Part shown: positions 17,068-24,801 of the stretch, one piece after another
Position numbering within the stretch: the stretch's first letter is position 1
Layout of the letters: each line of letters starts with the position of its first letter
Assembly (NCBI GenBank): GCA_046497275.1
Contig: JAWOFX010000142.1
Coordinates: forward strand, 1 to 32,000
From: Promethearchaeia archaeon
GTDB lineage: Archaea > Asgardarchaeota > Lokiarchaeia > Sigyniarchaeales > SOKP01
Length of the DNA stretch: 32,000 nucleotides
Direction of reading: 5' to 3'
Position numbers and translations under genes: made by a program
Notes under the pieces: model-generated
Databases searched by the model: none
What the model saw: the letters and a program-made list of their open reading frames with translations, nothing else
Told to the model about the DNA's origin: nothing

Positions 17068-18165
17068 TCAAAATATCATATCCAATGTCTTTTGAACGGT
17101 GCTAGGACGATTCAAATCATACTGAAAAAATCGTAAGCATTCGTAAAAGTTCTCATTAAGTTTTTTTGAATGCTTTTCTACTCGTTCTGGGTTTAAATGA
17201 TGATCCTTGCATAATAACTTAAAAATTCTCATTTTATCAGGTGGATTCCAACATAAATAATCAAATGAATCTAATACTTCAGGTAAAAGGAAAATTTTCC
17301 GAACTTCTGAAATAAGATCTCGGTCTAACTTTGAAAAGTCAAATTCATTGTGCTTTTTCGATTTTATTTTCTCGATAGTTTGATATTTTTTAATTAATTT
17401 GAGTGCTGTTTTAGGCCCGATTCCTTTAATACCTTGGAAATAATCAGTCTCAAGCATAAATGCGAGATCAACTAGTTGAAAGCGATCAATTCCTAACAAT
17501 TCTAAATTATGTTGTATATCTATTACCAATGGAACTAAACGAGTATATGTCCATTTATTTTGCACTTTTCTCCTCAGAGATTTTGATAAGTTTTGAATTA
17601 GAAATGGGCACCCAAACAGCAATGAATCAAAATCCTGCGAATTAGAAAAGTTAGCGATACCTTTTTTGACTAAGTGGGCACATTGCGATTCTGCTGAGGC
17701 GGGCGATTCGACTACGGGAACCCCAATCGCATGAAGAAGCTCTTTCGATTCTTTCATGATATTCGGCCATAAGTATTCTTTTGAAAGAGCGATAGTCCTT
17801 GCTAATTCTCTATTTCCGCTATTTATAGCATTTTTATATCGCTTTTGGGTGAACAAAAAATCATTAAGTTGATTTTTAGTAATTTTTCGCTTTAGTGGAG
17901 AAACTCTGCCATCAAAACAAAAAATTGGAAGGATGTTTTTGCTGTAATAAAATTTGATCCTGTAGAGAATTCCGTATAAATGAGAAATGACTCGTTGCGT
18001 ACGATCAAGAATTAAATTAGTTTCTGTATTTAATGTTGGATTTTTATGGCTGAAGTTGAGCAATCCCATGATTATGTTCGGTGCATCAACAGAAATTATT
18101 TTTCCCTTTAATTCTTGGAAAGTAATTTTTCTTCGCTGAATAATAGGATCTAATTTGATTCCCAT
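17068..18165 (-). CDS. fen: Flap endonuclease FEN1/XPG-family paralogue with C-terminal PIP box
   Basis: ISVDA, SHLYG, FCFDG, SAESQCAHL, SQDFDSLLFG, ETDY, GIKGIGPKTALKLI (H3TH), QKTLDMIF. Confidence 0.88.
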   Translation of the reverse strand: MGIKLDPIIQRRKITFQELKGKIISVDAPNIIMGLLNFSHKNPTLNTETNLILDRTQRVISHLYGILYRIKFYYSKNILPIFCFDGRVSPLKRKITKNQLNDFLFTQKRYKNAINSGNRELARTIALSKEYLWPNIMKESKELLHAIGVPVVESPASAESQCAHLVKKGIANFSNSQDFDSLLFGCPFLIQNLSKSLRRKVQNKWTYTRLVPLVIDIQHNLELLGIDRFQLVDLAFMLETDYFQGIKGIGPKTALKLIKKYQTIEKIKSKKHNEFDFSKLDRDLISEVRKIFLLPEVLDSFDYLCWNPPDKMRIFKLLCKDHHLNPERVEKHSKKLNENFYECLRFFQYDLNRPSTVQKTLDMIF

Positions 18166-18185
18166 AGATTTTTTATTAAATATAG

Positions 18186-18201
18186 AAATAAAAAGAAAAA
18201 A
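18186..18201 (-). promoter_or_regulatory. T-rich/TATA element, variant TTTTTTCTTTTTATTT
   Basis: 20 nt upstream of FEN1 ATG 18165 in a divergent region. Confidence 0.45.
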
Positions 18202-18375
18202 TAGAAATATAAGAAATATATTTTATTTATAAAATGCCAATTGGCGTTAATTTCAACAATTAAAGCATCTATCTAACTAAATTAGAGTTAATTCATTAAA
18301 ATCATTATTTAAGGGGATTTTTTCATAGATGCTTAAATTCGATATTAATCGTATTAAATTTTATCCAAAAAAAAA

Positions 18376-18390
18376 ATTTTTCTTTAAATA
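18376..18390 (+). promoter_or_regulatory. T-rich/TATA element ATTTTTCTTTAAATA (1 mismatch)
   Basis: 56 nt upstream of ATG 18447. Confidence 0.6.
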
Positions 18391-18446
18391 AAGTCAAAAT
18401 GTTGTATCTTTATATTAATAAAATATTCTATAATGAGGGAACATTA

Positions 18447-18809
18447 ATGGGAGAAGATATAGTGTTTTATGATGAACCTGGCAGGAGTAAAAAATATGTA
18501 AAAATCATATTTATTGGGATCTTAGCATTTATTGCAATCTATTTTCCACTTTTCGGAAATAATCTGCGGTATCAGATCGGAGGGATGCTTGATACACTCT
18601 TTAATTTTATTGGGATTATCTGCTTGTTCTTAGGGGGAATAAATATTGCCATCGGATTTTTAGGACTAGTTGCAAAAAAATTCTATTTGGGAAATGTGGT
18701 CATAGGGGCACTCTTACTGTGGATAGGATGTTGGCTTACAGGGATTGTGATAAATTTATTCGGAGTAATTTTTGGCGGCTCCGAAGTTTCTAATCCTGGA
18801 TATCATTAA
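18447..18809 (+). CDS. Small 3-TM membrane protein (possibly VirB2/CedA1-like pilin); likely start ATG 18447 rather than 18399
   Basis: GAGG SD precedes 18447, and ATG 18399 is only 8 nt from the TATA element. Gly-rich hydrophobic helices with an AKK loop. Confidence 0.65.
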   Translation: MGEDIVFYDEPGRSKKYVKIIFIGILAFIAIYFPLFGNNLRYQIGGMLDTLFNFIGIICLFLGGINIAIGFLGLVAKKFYLGNVVIGALLLWIGCWLTGIVINLFGVIFGGSEVSNPGYH

Positions 18810-18815
18810 AATTAG

Positions 18816-18865
18816 TCTTTTTCTTTTTTTCTAATTTAATCTAATTGTAACAAGAGAGAAAAAAA
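18816..18865. terminator. Bidirectional T-tract terminator region between convergent genes
   Basis: TCTTTTTCTTTTTTTCT after the + gene stop and an A-run complementary tract for the - gene. Confidence 0.4.
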
Positions 18866-18888
18866 TAGTGTATTTATGAATTTTGAAT

Positions 18889-19113
18889 TTAAACACCTAT
18901 TCGAAAATATCTCATCCCTGTTTGGAGTCCACAAACTGCAATTAAGAGTATAGAAATGCCTAACACAAAGTACATACTACTCCTTTTATAACGTGGAAGG
19001 GTCATCATTCCGAGTACTCCGATGATAAGCCCTAGCACCCCCATGATCGAGCCGAAAGCGATCAAAAACTCTATTGCTTCTCCAATCATATCAAAATAGT
19101 TATTATAAATCAT
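18889..19113 (-). CDS. 74-aa two-helix membrane protein (pilin-like candidate)
   Basis: FLIAFGSIMGVLGLIIGVLGMM-TLPRYKRSS-MYFVLGISILLIAVCG: two hydrophobic helices with a basic loop. Confidence 0.7.
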   Translation of the reverse strand: MIYNNYFDMIGEAIEFLIAFGSIMGVLGLIIGVLGMMTLPRYKRSSMYFVLGISILLIAVCGLQTGMRYFRIGV

Positions 19114-19137
19114 AATGTACTAATATTCTGTTAAATC

Positions 19138-19152
19138 TATATAAAAAAAAAA
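19138..19152 (-). promoter_or_regulatory. T-rich/TATA element TTTTTTTTTTATATA (1 mismatch)
   Basis: 24 nt upstream of ATG 19113. Confidence 0.5.
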
Positions 19153-19188
19153 TTAATAGTTTTTATCTTGGAAGTTTTATTATTGCTA

Positions 19189-19203
19189 TTTTTTCTTTAA
19201 ATA
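19189..19203 (+). promoter_or_regulatory. T-rich/TATA element TTTTTTCTTTAAATA (exact)
   Basis: 33 nt upstream of TTG 19237 and 45 nt upstream of ATG 19249, in a divergent region. Confidence 0.7.
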
Positions 19204-19236
19204 GCCAAACATATTCACTTCATTAAATATAGTTAT

Positions 19237-19587
19237 TTGAAAAAAAATATGCGACAAATTGAAGAAATAGGGATCTGTCCTAATTGCGACTGCTCGTTAA
19301 TGATTTATAAGACTTCAAACTATAAGCGGTTTGTTAAGTGCGAAATTTGTGGCCATTCCTACCCTCTTCCCAAACGAGGGCATATTGATAATTCAGCACT
19401 TATATGTCCCTTGCGAGGGTATCCTATTTTAATTGTTCAAAAACGAGACAGTAAAGCATATTTCTGGACAGATAGACCATGTTTTAGCTGCGTCCATATG
19501 GGCACATGCGAGCCTGTCAAGCAATTAGAAGAAGAATTTACTGAATTGGGAGTGTATGGATATGATCAAGCAGGGCAAAACACATAA
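19237..19587 (+). CDS. Standalone topoisomerase-IA-type zinc-ribbon repeat protein
   Basis: CPNCDCSLMIYKTSNYKRFVKCEICGHSYPLP.....CPLRGYPIL...FWTDRPCFSC resembles archaeal topo IA C-terminal Zn ribbons. Confidence 0.7.
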   Translation: MKKNMRQIEEIGICPNCDCSLMIYKTSNYKRFVKCEICGHSYPLPKRGHIDNSALICPLRGYPILIVQKRDSKAYFWTDRPCFSCVHMGTCEPVKQLEEEFTELGVYGYDQAGQNT

Positions 19588-20569
19588 ACACAATCTCCCT
19601 ATTATCATTAGCATTTTGTGTATACTAAGTTTATGCTATCTCCTATCACTTCCTCAGCACGATCCCAATTCACCTGTAATAAAAGGATCTGACTTTCTTT
19701 CTGATGATGATCTTTTAATTGATAAAGTCTATACATTTCATTCTGGCTCCCCAAGTTTAATTATCACTAATCTTACCTTTGAGAGAGAATTCACCTATAA
19801 TATTAAGATGGCAGTGGTGACTGATGAGCACGAGTGCCATATGGAAGTGAATTTATTTGATCCAGAGGGTGATCTCTACGAACTGTTTAGTTCGCAGGAG
19901 CCAATGACATATGATGAGTATTTTGACATCCCTTTTGGTGCGGCACTCAGCGGAGTCTATAATCTCAATTTCACGAAATTGGATGGTCCTAATCTGAATA
20001 TCCATATTATCATTCGGAAGGGAGAATTATGTTTTCGGGAATTTGTGTCAGGAGATGCGAATCATGTCTATGAAATACGGAAATTTGCTCGGATTCCTTC
20101 CGGTAAATCATATCGTCCCTATTATTATTTTAAAGATCAATGGTGCTATCACATCTATCTCTGCAGAGTCTCTCCCATCAGCGCAAATCGGTCAAACCAA
20201 ATAAATTTAGACCATAATGTGGTGGATCCTTCCGTAGAGGGAATTTCTTTTCCCATCTATACTAATCATTCATTGGGACAGATTTGGGACCCACGCAACT
20301 ATGAATTTGGCACGGCAATGGCGGGTGAATATCTGTTAAATTTTACTTTTTATCAAGATCCCGAGTTTATTAATGTGATGTTTTTGATAACCGATGAAGG
20401 ACGATTAGCAGCGGGAGAAGATGCAGGCTCTATCAACGAAACTACTGCTCCAACACCTATTATGTGGGTTCCTCTGGAAGCGCAAGTAGGGATATCTCTA
20501 GGAGTAGGAGCATTAGTATTAGTAGGTCTTATAATTATGATCTATACCAAACGACACTCTAATATTTAA
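19556..20569 (+). CDS. Secreted, C-terminally membrane-anchored protein with two tandem beta-sandwich repeats
   Basis: N-terminal hydrophobic signal. Repeats DPEG...FGAALSGVYNLNFT and DPSVEG...FGTAMAGEYLLNFT. C-terminal TM followed by KRH. Confidence 0.7.
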   Translation: MDMIKQGKTHKHNLPIIISILCILSLCYLLSLPQHDPNSPVIKGSDFLSDDDLLIDKVYTFHSGSPSLIITNLTFEREFTYNIKMAVVTDEHECHMEVNLFDPEGDLYELFSSQEPMTYDEYFDIPFGAALSGVYNLNFTKLDGPNLNIHIIIRKGELCFREFVSGDANHVYEIRKFARIPSGKSYRPYYYFKDQWCYHIYLCRVSPISANRSNQINLDHNVVDPSVEGISFPIYTNHSLGQIWDPRNYEFGTAMAGEYLLNFTFYQDPEFINVMFLITDEGRLAAGEDAGSINETTAPTPIMWVPLEAQVGISLGVGALVLVGLIIMIYTKRHSNI

Positions 20570-20665
20570 TTCTTTTTTTCTCTATTTTTTAGATAAAAAG
20601 TAATTTTAATTATTTTATTAATAGAATTAGATGAAAAAAAATAAAAAAGAGATAGTAAAAAAGGA
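20570..20665. terminator. Bidirectional T-tract terminator region
   Basis: TTCTTTTTTTCTCTATTTTTT after the + gene stop and A-runs at about 20634-20662 for the convergent radA. Confidence 0.4.
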
Positions 20666-20676
20666 TAATTCAATTT

Positions 20677-21897
20677 TTATAGGTTTTGGGCGTAATTTTG
20701 CCACTCTTCTATCATCGATTTTGAGATTCCACTGACTTTTTCAGCTAAATCCTTGGGATCTTTATCCAGTAAGTCATCAATTGTTTCAATTCCATGTTCT
20801 TTTAGAGTATTAAGGGTTCCTTTCCCTATTCCTTTGATATCTGTGAGAGAAGGAGTGTTTCCTTGGTTGATCTCGTCATTATTATCATCATCATTATCTT
20901 CATATAATTCTTCAATTTCAAAGTCTAATCCTTTTCTATTAGGAATTTCCACTTCTTCGGAATCCGCAACACCTGCATGTGTGATAAAGAATTCACACTC
21001 TTCTGGGGGAAGATCGGGTGCATCTACGATCACTGCTCTTCTTTTGAGTGAACTATTTGCAGAGAATCCTTTCGTCTTAAACATAATACGGAAATGACAC
21101 CCATGTGCGACGATATTTCCGCCAATCGCATCATCCGCAGAAAACATACCTTTCATCTGTGTGGCTACTTGGTTGGTAAGCAGAACTGCAGCATTATATG
21201 TCTCTGCGATCCGTGATAATCCATGAATCATATTGTTGAGAACGCATTGTCGTGAAGCAAGCATTCCAATCCCGACATATTCCGCTCGCAAAAGTGCCAT
21301 TAAACTGTCAAGGATTATTAAACGCACATTACGAGTTTCACAGAGTGTTTCTGCCTTAAGAATCATCTGATCTTGATGGTCAGAACTATAGATCCTGGCG
21401 TGAAATATCTTAGCAAGAACTTCTTCAGGATCCAAATTAAATCTAAGTGCGATACGTTTAATTTTACTCCGTGAAAAGGTATTTTCAGTATCAATATAGG
21501 CAACAGAGCTTTCTAATCCTCCTTTCTCCTTCGGAAGCTGGATTGTTACAGCGATTGTATGTGCTAAATTTGTCTTTCCGGATTTAAAGGGACCATATAC
21601 TTCAGTGAGCTTTCCTGTCTGCATCCCCCCTCCAAGGATTCGATCTAATTCAGAAGATCCTGTGGTAAACATTTCGATATGTTCGTCGATTTCAGCAGCA
21701 GGAATAAATTCAGTCATTCCAAGTGTGTTCCTCGCATTCCAGATAAGTTTTTTGGCTGTTTTATCCCCAAGTCCTTTGATATCTGCCACCAATTTTTGTG
21801 ACGACATGGCAAGCATTTCGGCAGTAGAAATACCACTTTCTCGTAAAAGCTTAATATGACGAGAATTAATTCCTTTAATCTGGCTTAAATCTGATAT
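20677..21897 (-). CDS. radA: RadA/Rad51-family recombinase paralogue with an extra C-terminal HhH domain; likely non-AUG start (ATA 21897), ORF-track start 21816
   Basis: TTGSSELDRILGGG, GPFKSGKT, AYIDTENTF, LIILDS, RAEYVG, TNQV, IGGNIVAH, VDAPDLP. The N-terminal HhH continues 27 codons upstream of 21816. Confidence 0.88.
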   Translation of the reverse strand: MSDLSQIKGINSRHIKLLRESGISTAEMLAMSSQKLVADIKGLGDKTAKKLIWNARNTLGMTEFIPAAEIDEHIEMFTTGSSELDRILGGGMQTGKLTEVYGPFKSGKTNLAHTIAVTIQLPKEKGGLESSVAYIDTENTFSRSKIKRIALRFNLDPEEVLAKIFHARIYSSDHQDQMILKAETLCETRNVRLIILDSLMALLRAEYVGIGMLASRQCVLNNMIHGLSRIAETYNAAVLLTNQVATQMKGMFSADDAIGGNIVAHGCHFRIMFKTKGFSANSSLKRRAVIVDAPDLPPEECEFFITHAGVADSEEVEIPNRKGLDFEIEELYEDNDDDNNDEINQGNTPSLTDIKGIGKGTLNTLKEHGIETIDDLLDKDPKDLAEKVSGISKSMIEEWQNYAQNL

Positions 21898-21950
21898 TGT
21901 GTTTTACACCTCCTGTGCATAATTATATTATTAAAATTACAAGCTCATCA

Positions 21951-21965
21951 TATATAAAGAAAAAA
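21951..21965 (-). promoter_or_regulatory. T-rich/TATA element TTTTTTCTTTATATA (exact)
   Basis: 53 nt upstream of the proposed radA start. SD GGAGGTG at 21907-21913. Confidence 0.7.
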
Positions 21966-22081
21966 TAAAATGTCTAATTATTAAACAATCAAACACATTT
22001 TAAACGAGAAATTAAGTGGTAAAACTTAGAAAAATTAAATTTTAAAAGTTATCTTGAAAAAAAGGAGAAAAAAATAATAAA

Positions 22082-22450
22082 CTATGAAAGGATTTCTCTT
22101 AATCGAGAAATATATTCTTTGGGAGTGATTCCGTGAAGAAACGCTGCATGCATCATACGAATATTAATCTCTTCTACTTGCGTTTTCATACTCTCCCCCT
22201 CTATTCCTAAGCTTTTAAGTATAATTGGAAGTGAGAATTCTTCTTTAGGATACTTTCCAAAATGACCACCATATGCAAGAAACATATTTAAAATCAAATT
22301 AATATCAGCCTTTGAAAAAATTCTTCGACAATTTTCACATACTGGGATGTAAAGAATCTTAGATTGATAAACTGAAGAGGGATTGTTAATAATATGGTGA
22401 CAAATTCCACATCGAAGGGGATAATTATTATTTTTCGCTAATGAGTTCAT
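22082..22450 (-). CDS. Small zinc-finger protein
   Basis: CGICHH...PVCENC motif pair. Confidence 0.7.
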   Translation of the reverse strand: MNSLAKNNNYPLRCGICHHIINNPSSVYQSKILYIPVCENCRRIFSKADINLILNMFLAYGGHFGKYPKEEFSLPIILKSLGIEGESMKTQVEEINIRMMHAAFLHGITPKEYISRLREILS

Positions 22451-22471
22451 ATATGATAGTGTATATAGACT

Positions 22472-22486
22472 TATTTAAAGAAAAAG
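22472..22486 (-). promoter_or_regulatory. T-rich/TATA element CTTTTTCTTTAAATA (1 mismatch)
   Basis: 21 nt upstream of ATG 22450, a leaderless spacing. Confidence 0.6.
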
Positions 22487-22514
22487 ATCTTTACTTCATT
22501 AGATTAAATCGTTA

Positions 22515-23234
22515 TCAAGTGTTAGGAAGGATGTTTATTCCTTTTTGCCGCAAGAGATATTCATATGAAGTGGATTTTGTATCGGTGTGAAATTTTATAA
22601 AATATTTTTTTTGAAATTGATCTTTTTGTAAAGCAATATTTAGGCCATTCAATCTACTGAATAGCTGATCATTGAACATTACTGTCCTATCTTGGGTAGG
22701 ATCATAAGAAACCTCATGGATAAGGATTAAAATAATCTTATTATACTCGCAAAAAAAGATTAGAGGAATAATAGTAGAATCGAAAAAATCATCGAGAATC
22801 GCAACTTTATCGTTGATCAGATGAAATTGTGATAATTCAAATCGTAAATGGTGAGAGATATTATCAATTACAAGAATTCTAGTTTTTGGGGGTATTCTCA
22901 ACGCGCCATCTGAAATACCGGCTAATATCTTATTTTGCTCATAATAATCAAAAGGAGGGTGGATTTTTGGAATGATAAAGATATGGTCAAAAAGAAAGGT
23001 TAAGAGTCCTTGATCATTTAAATATAAACTCTTTAATCGTTTTTTTGGGAAAGTTTCGCTAGCTTGAACCCATACACTTACATTTTGTGCTTTTTCGTGG
23101 TGACTAAGAAAGATAGAGATAAATTGAAGCGCCAAGGTAGTTTTACCTGTTCCTGCTTTGCCGTAAATATTAATAAATGAAAAATGATCTAAGATATTTT
23201 GCAATATTTCTGTATTCGTATCATATTTATTCAT
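22515..23234 (-). CDS. RecA-superfamily paralogue (RadB/Rad55-like, no N-terminal HhH)
   Basis: INIYGKAGTGKTTLALQF Walker A, WVQASETFPKKRL (cf. YIDTEGTFSPERL), ILVIDNI Walker B. Confidence 0.75.
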   Translation of the reverse strand: MNKYDTNTEILQNILDHFSFINIYGKAGTGKTTLALQFISIFLSHHEKAQNVSVWVQASETFPKKRLKSLYLNDQGLLTFLFDHIFIIPKIHPPFDYYEQNKILAGISDGALRIPPKTRILVIDNISHHLRFELSQFHLINDKVAILDDFFDSTIIPLIFFCEYNKIILILIHEVSYDPTQDRTVMFNDQLFSRLNGLNIALQKDQFQKKYFIKFHTDTKSTSYEYLLRQKGINILPNT

Positions 23235-23602
23235 AAATCTTCACTCTCTAATAGCTTTAACACTTCTTGTTTGATCTGTTCTACCTCATCAATACTGTTT
23301 TGAGAATCATCATTAGAGTTGCTTGATTCTTGAGAATTATGTATGTCTCCTGTATTTAATTGCTCAAGCATTAAAAATGTGAGTAGTGAATCACTCATCA
23401 CATTCTGACTTGAACGGGATTTTCGAAAAGAAAAATATCCCGTTGTCTTAGCCCCTGAAGATGATTTCTTTCTTGCCCGTAAAAACAAAAACAGCCCAAT
23501 ACCAATTCCTAAAACAAGTAATGAGATGGTTGGATCTTTATTATAGAACATAATAAAAACTAATACTAATGTTAAATAGCAAAATGCCTTCATACTCACC
23601 AC
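23231..23602 (-). CDS. Small 2-TM membrane protein with polar/acidic tail
   Basis: Two N-terminal hydrophobic segments. Overlaps both neighbours (operon). Confidence 0.65.
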   Translation of the reverse strand: MVSMKAFCYLTLVLVFIMFYNKDPTISLLVLGIGIGLFLFLRARKKSSSGAKTTGYFSFRKSRSSQNVMSDSLLTFLMLEQLNTGDIHNSQESSNSNDDSQNSIDEVEQIKQEVLKLLESEDL

Positions 23603-24333
23603 TGCCCTCGTTCAATTTTTTGTGATTTTTTCTTTTTCGGAGAATGGCGTCTACGATATAGTTCAGAGGATCTAATGGAAGATCCTTGTTTTGAGATTTT
23701 TAATCTAATGTATTCAATAATTTTTCGTATTCCAATGAATGAATATTTGAATATATAATATCCAATCCCAATCAGTATATAAAAGAGAAAGCTGTAATAA
23801 TAGGGAATGATTATATACCAACTAGCCGAATATACAATCAGTGTTGAAAAAAGGACTAATCCAATTTGGTAGATGGAATAGCGAGGATCGTTATTAAATA
23901 CTCTCCCTATGTTATATATATCTGTACCTGAGGGTGAAGATCCTATTAAAAAAGAAACCAAACAAAATGCGGCAATAACTCTATAAATATCCTCAAAAGC
24001 AGGTGAAAGAAAAACGAATAAACAATAAAATGCTAAATAACTAATAATAAGTAATGGAGCTATCCCTGTTAAAAAGGATTGAAGAAAAGTCATACGTTTA
24101 AAATCTTTTAGTTCTACACTTCCATTTAAGCGTCTATAACTAACTTTAAAACGACCAGGGGTTCCGCCGGTTATCAAAAGCATTACAAAATGACTGAGTT
24201 CATGTATAAAGATTCCAAGCACTCCTAAAATTTTAACGATAACCGTAAGTTTGCGATTTTTATTATATATTAAGTATCTTACTAATAAGCCTGACGTAAA
24301 TACGATCGGAAATAAGATAAGATCTTCAAACAT
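23596..24333 (-). CDS. M50-like membrane zinc metalloprotease
   Basis: GIFIHELSHF (HExxH) within a TM segment, multiple TMs, SPSGTD candidate third-ligand motif. Confidence 0.75.
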   Translation of the reverse strand: MFEDLILFPIVFTSGLLVRYLIYNKNRKLTVIVKILGVLGIFIHELSHFVMLLITGGTPGRFKVSYRRLNGSVELKDFKRMTFLQSFLTGIAPLLIISYLAFYCLFVFLSPAFEDIYRVIAAFCLVSFLIGSSPSGTDIYNIGRVFNNDPRYSIYQIGLVLFSTLIVYSASWYIIIPYYYSFLFYILIGIGYYIFKYSFIGIRKIIEYIRLKISKQGSSIRSSELYRRRHSPKKKKSQKIERGQW

Positions 24334-24354
24334 AATGCTAAAATAAGCTTAGAT

Positions 24355-24369
24355 TATATAAAGAAAAAA
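24355..24369 (-). promoter_or_regulatory. T-rich/TATA element TTTTTTCTTTATATA (exact)
   Basis: 21 nt upstream of ATG 24333 in a divergent region, a leaderless spacing. Confidence 0.7.
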
Positions 24370-24801
24370 TAATAGTATAAATGATGGATATAGAAAATGT
24401 ATGAGTTATGAATAGATTAAGATTTGTTAATCTTATTAAATAAATAATTATAACATTTACCAGTGCTACAAATTTTTGAAAATTATAAGGAAAACATTTA
24501 CCTCGAGTTAGATCGCTCTAAATTTTTATGAAAAGAATCCTTTTCTCATTTTCAAGAGGGGTAGTCTAGATTAAGTGATCTGCAAGTTTTTATTTGAGAA
24601 TTCTTTATATTTTTATCTGTAAACAAAATTAAGAACCATTTATATTATATATAAAAAATGTTCAACTGTTCTATAAATCTGATTATAATTTTCTAAAATT
24701 TATTCAATAACAGTAATATTTAAAAAGACTACTCCCACTCTCTTCTATCTTAAGTTAATTTGAAAACATGATCAAAAAAATAGAAAAAGTGTTCAAAAAG
24801 T

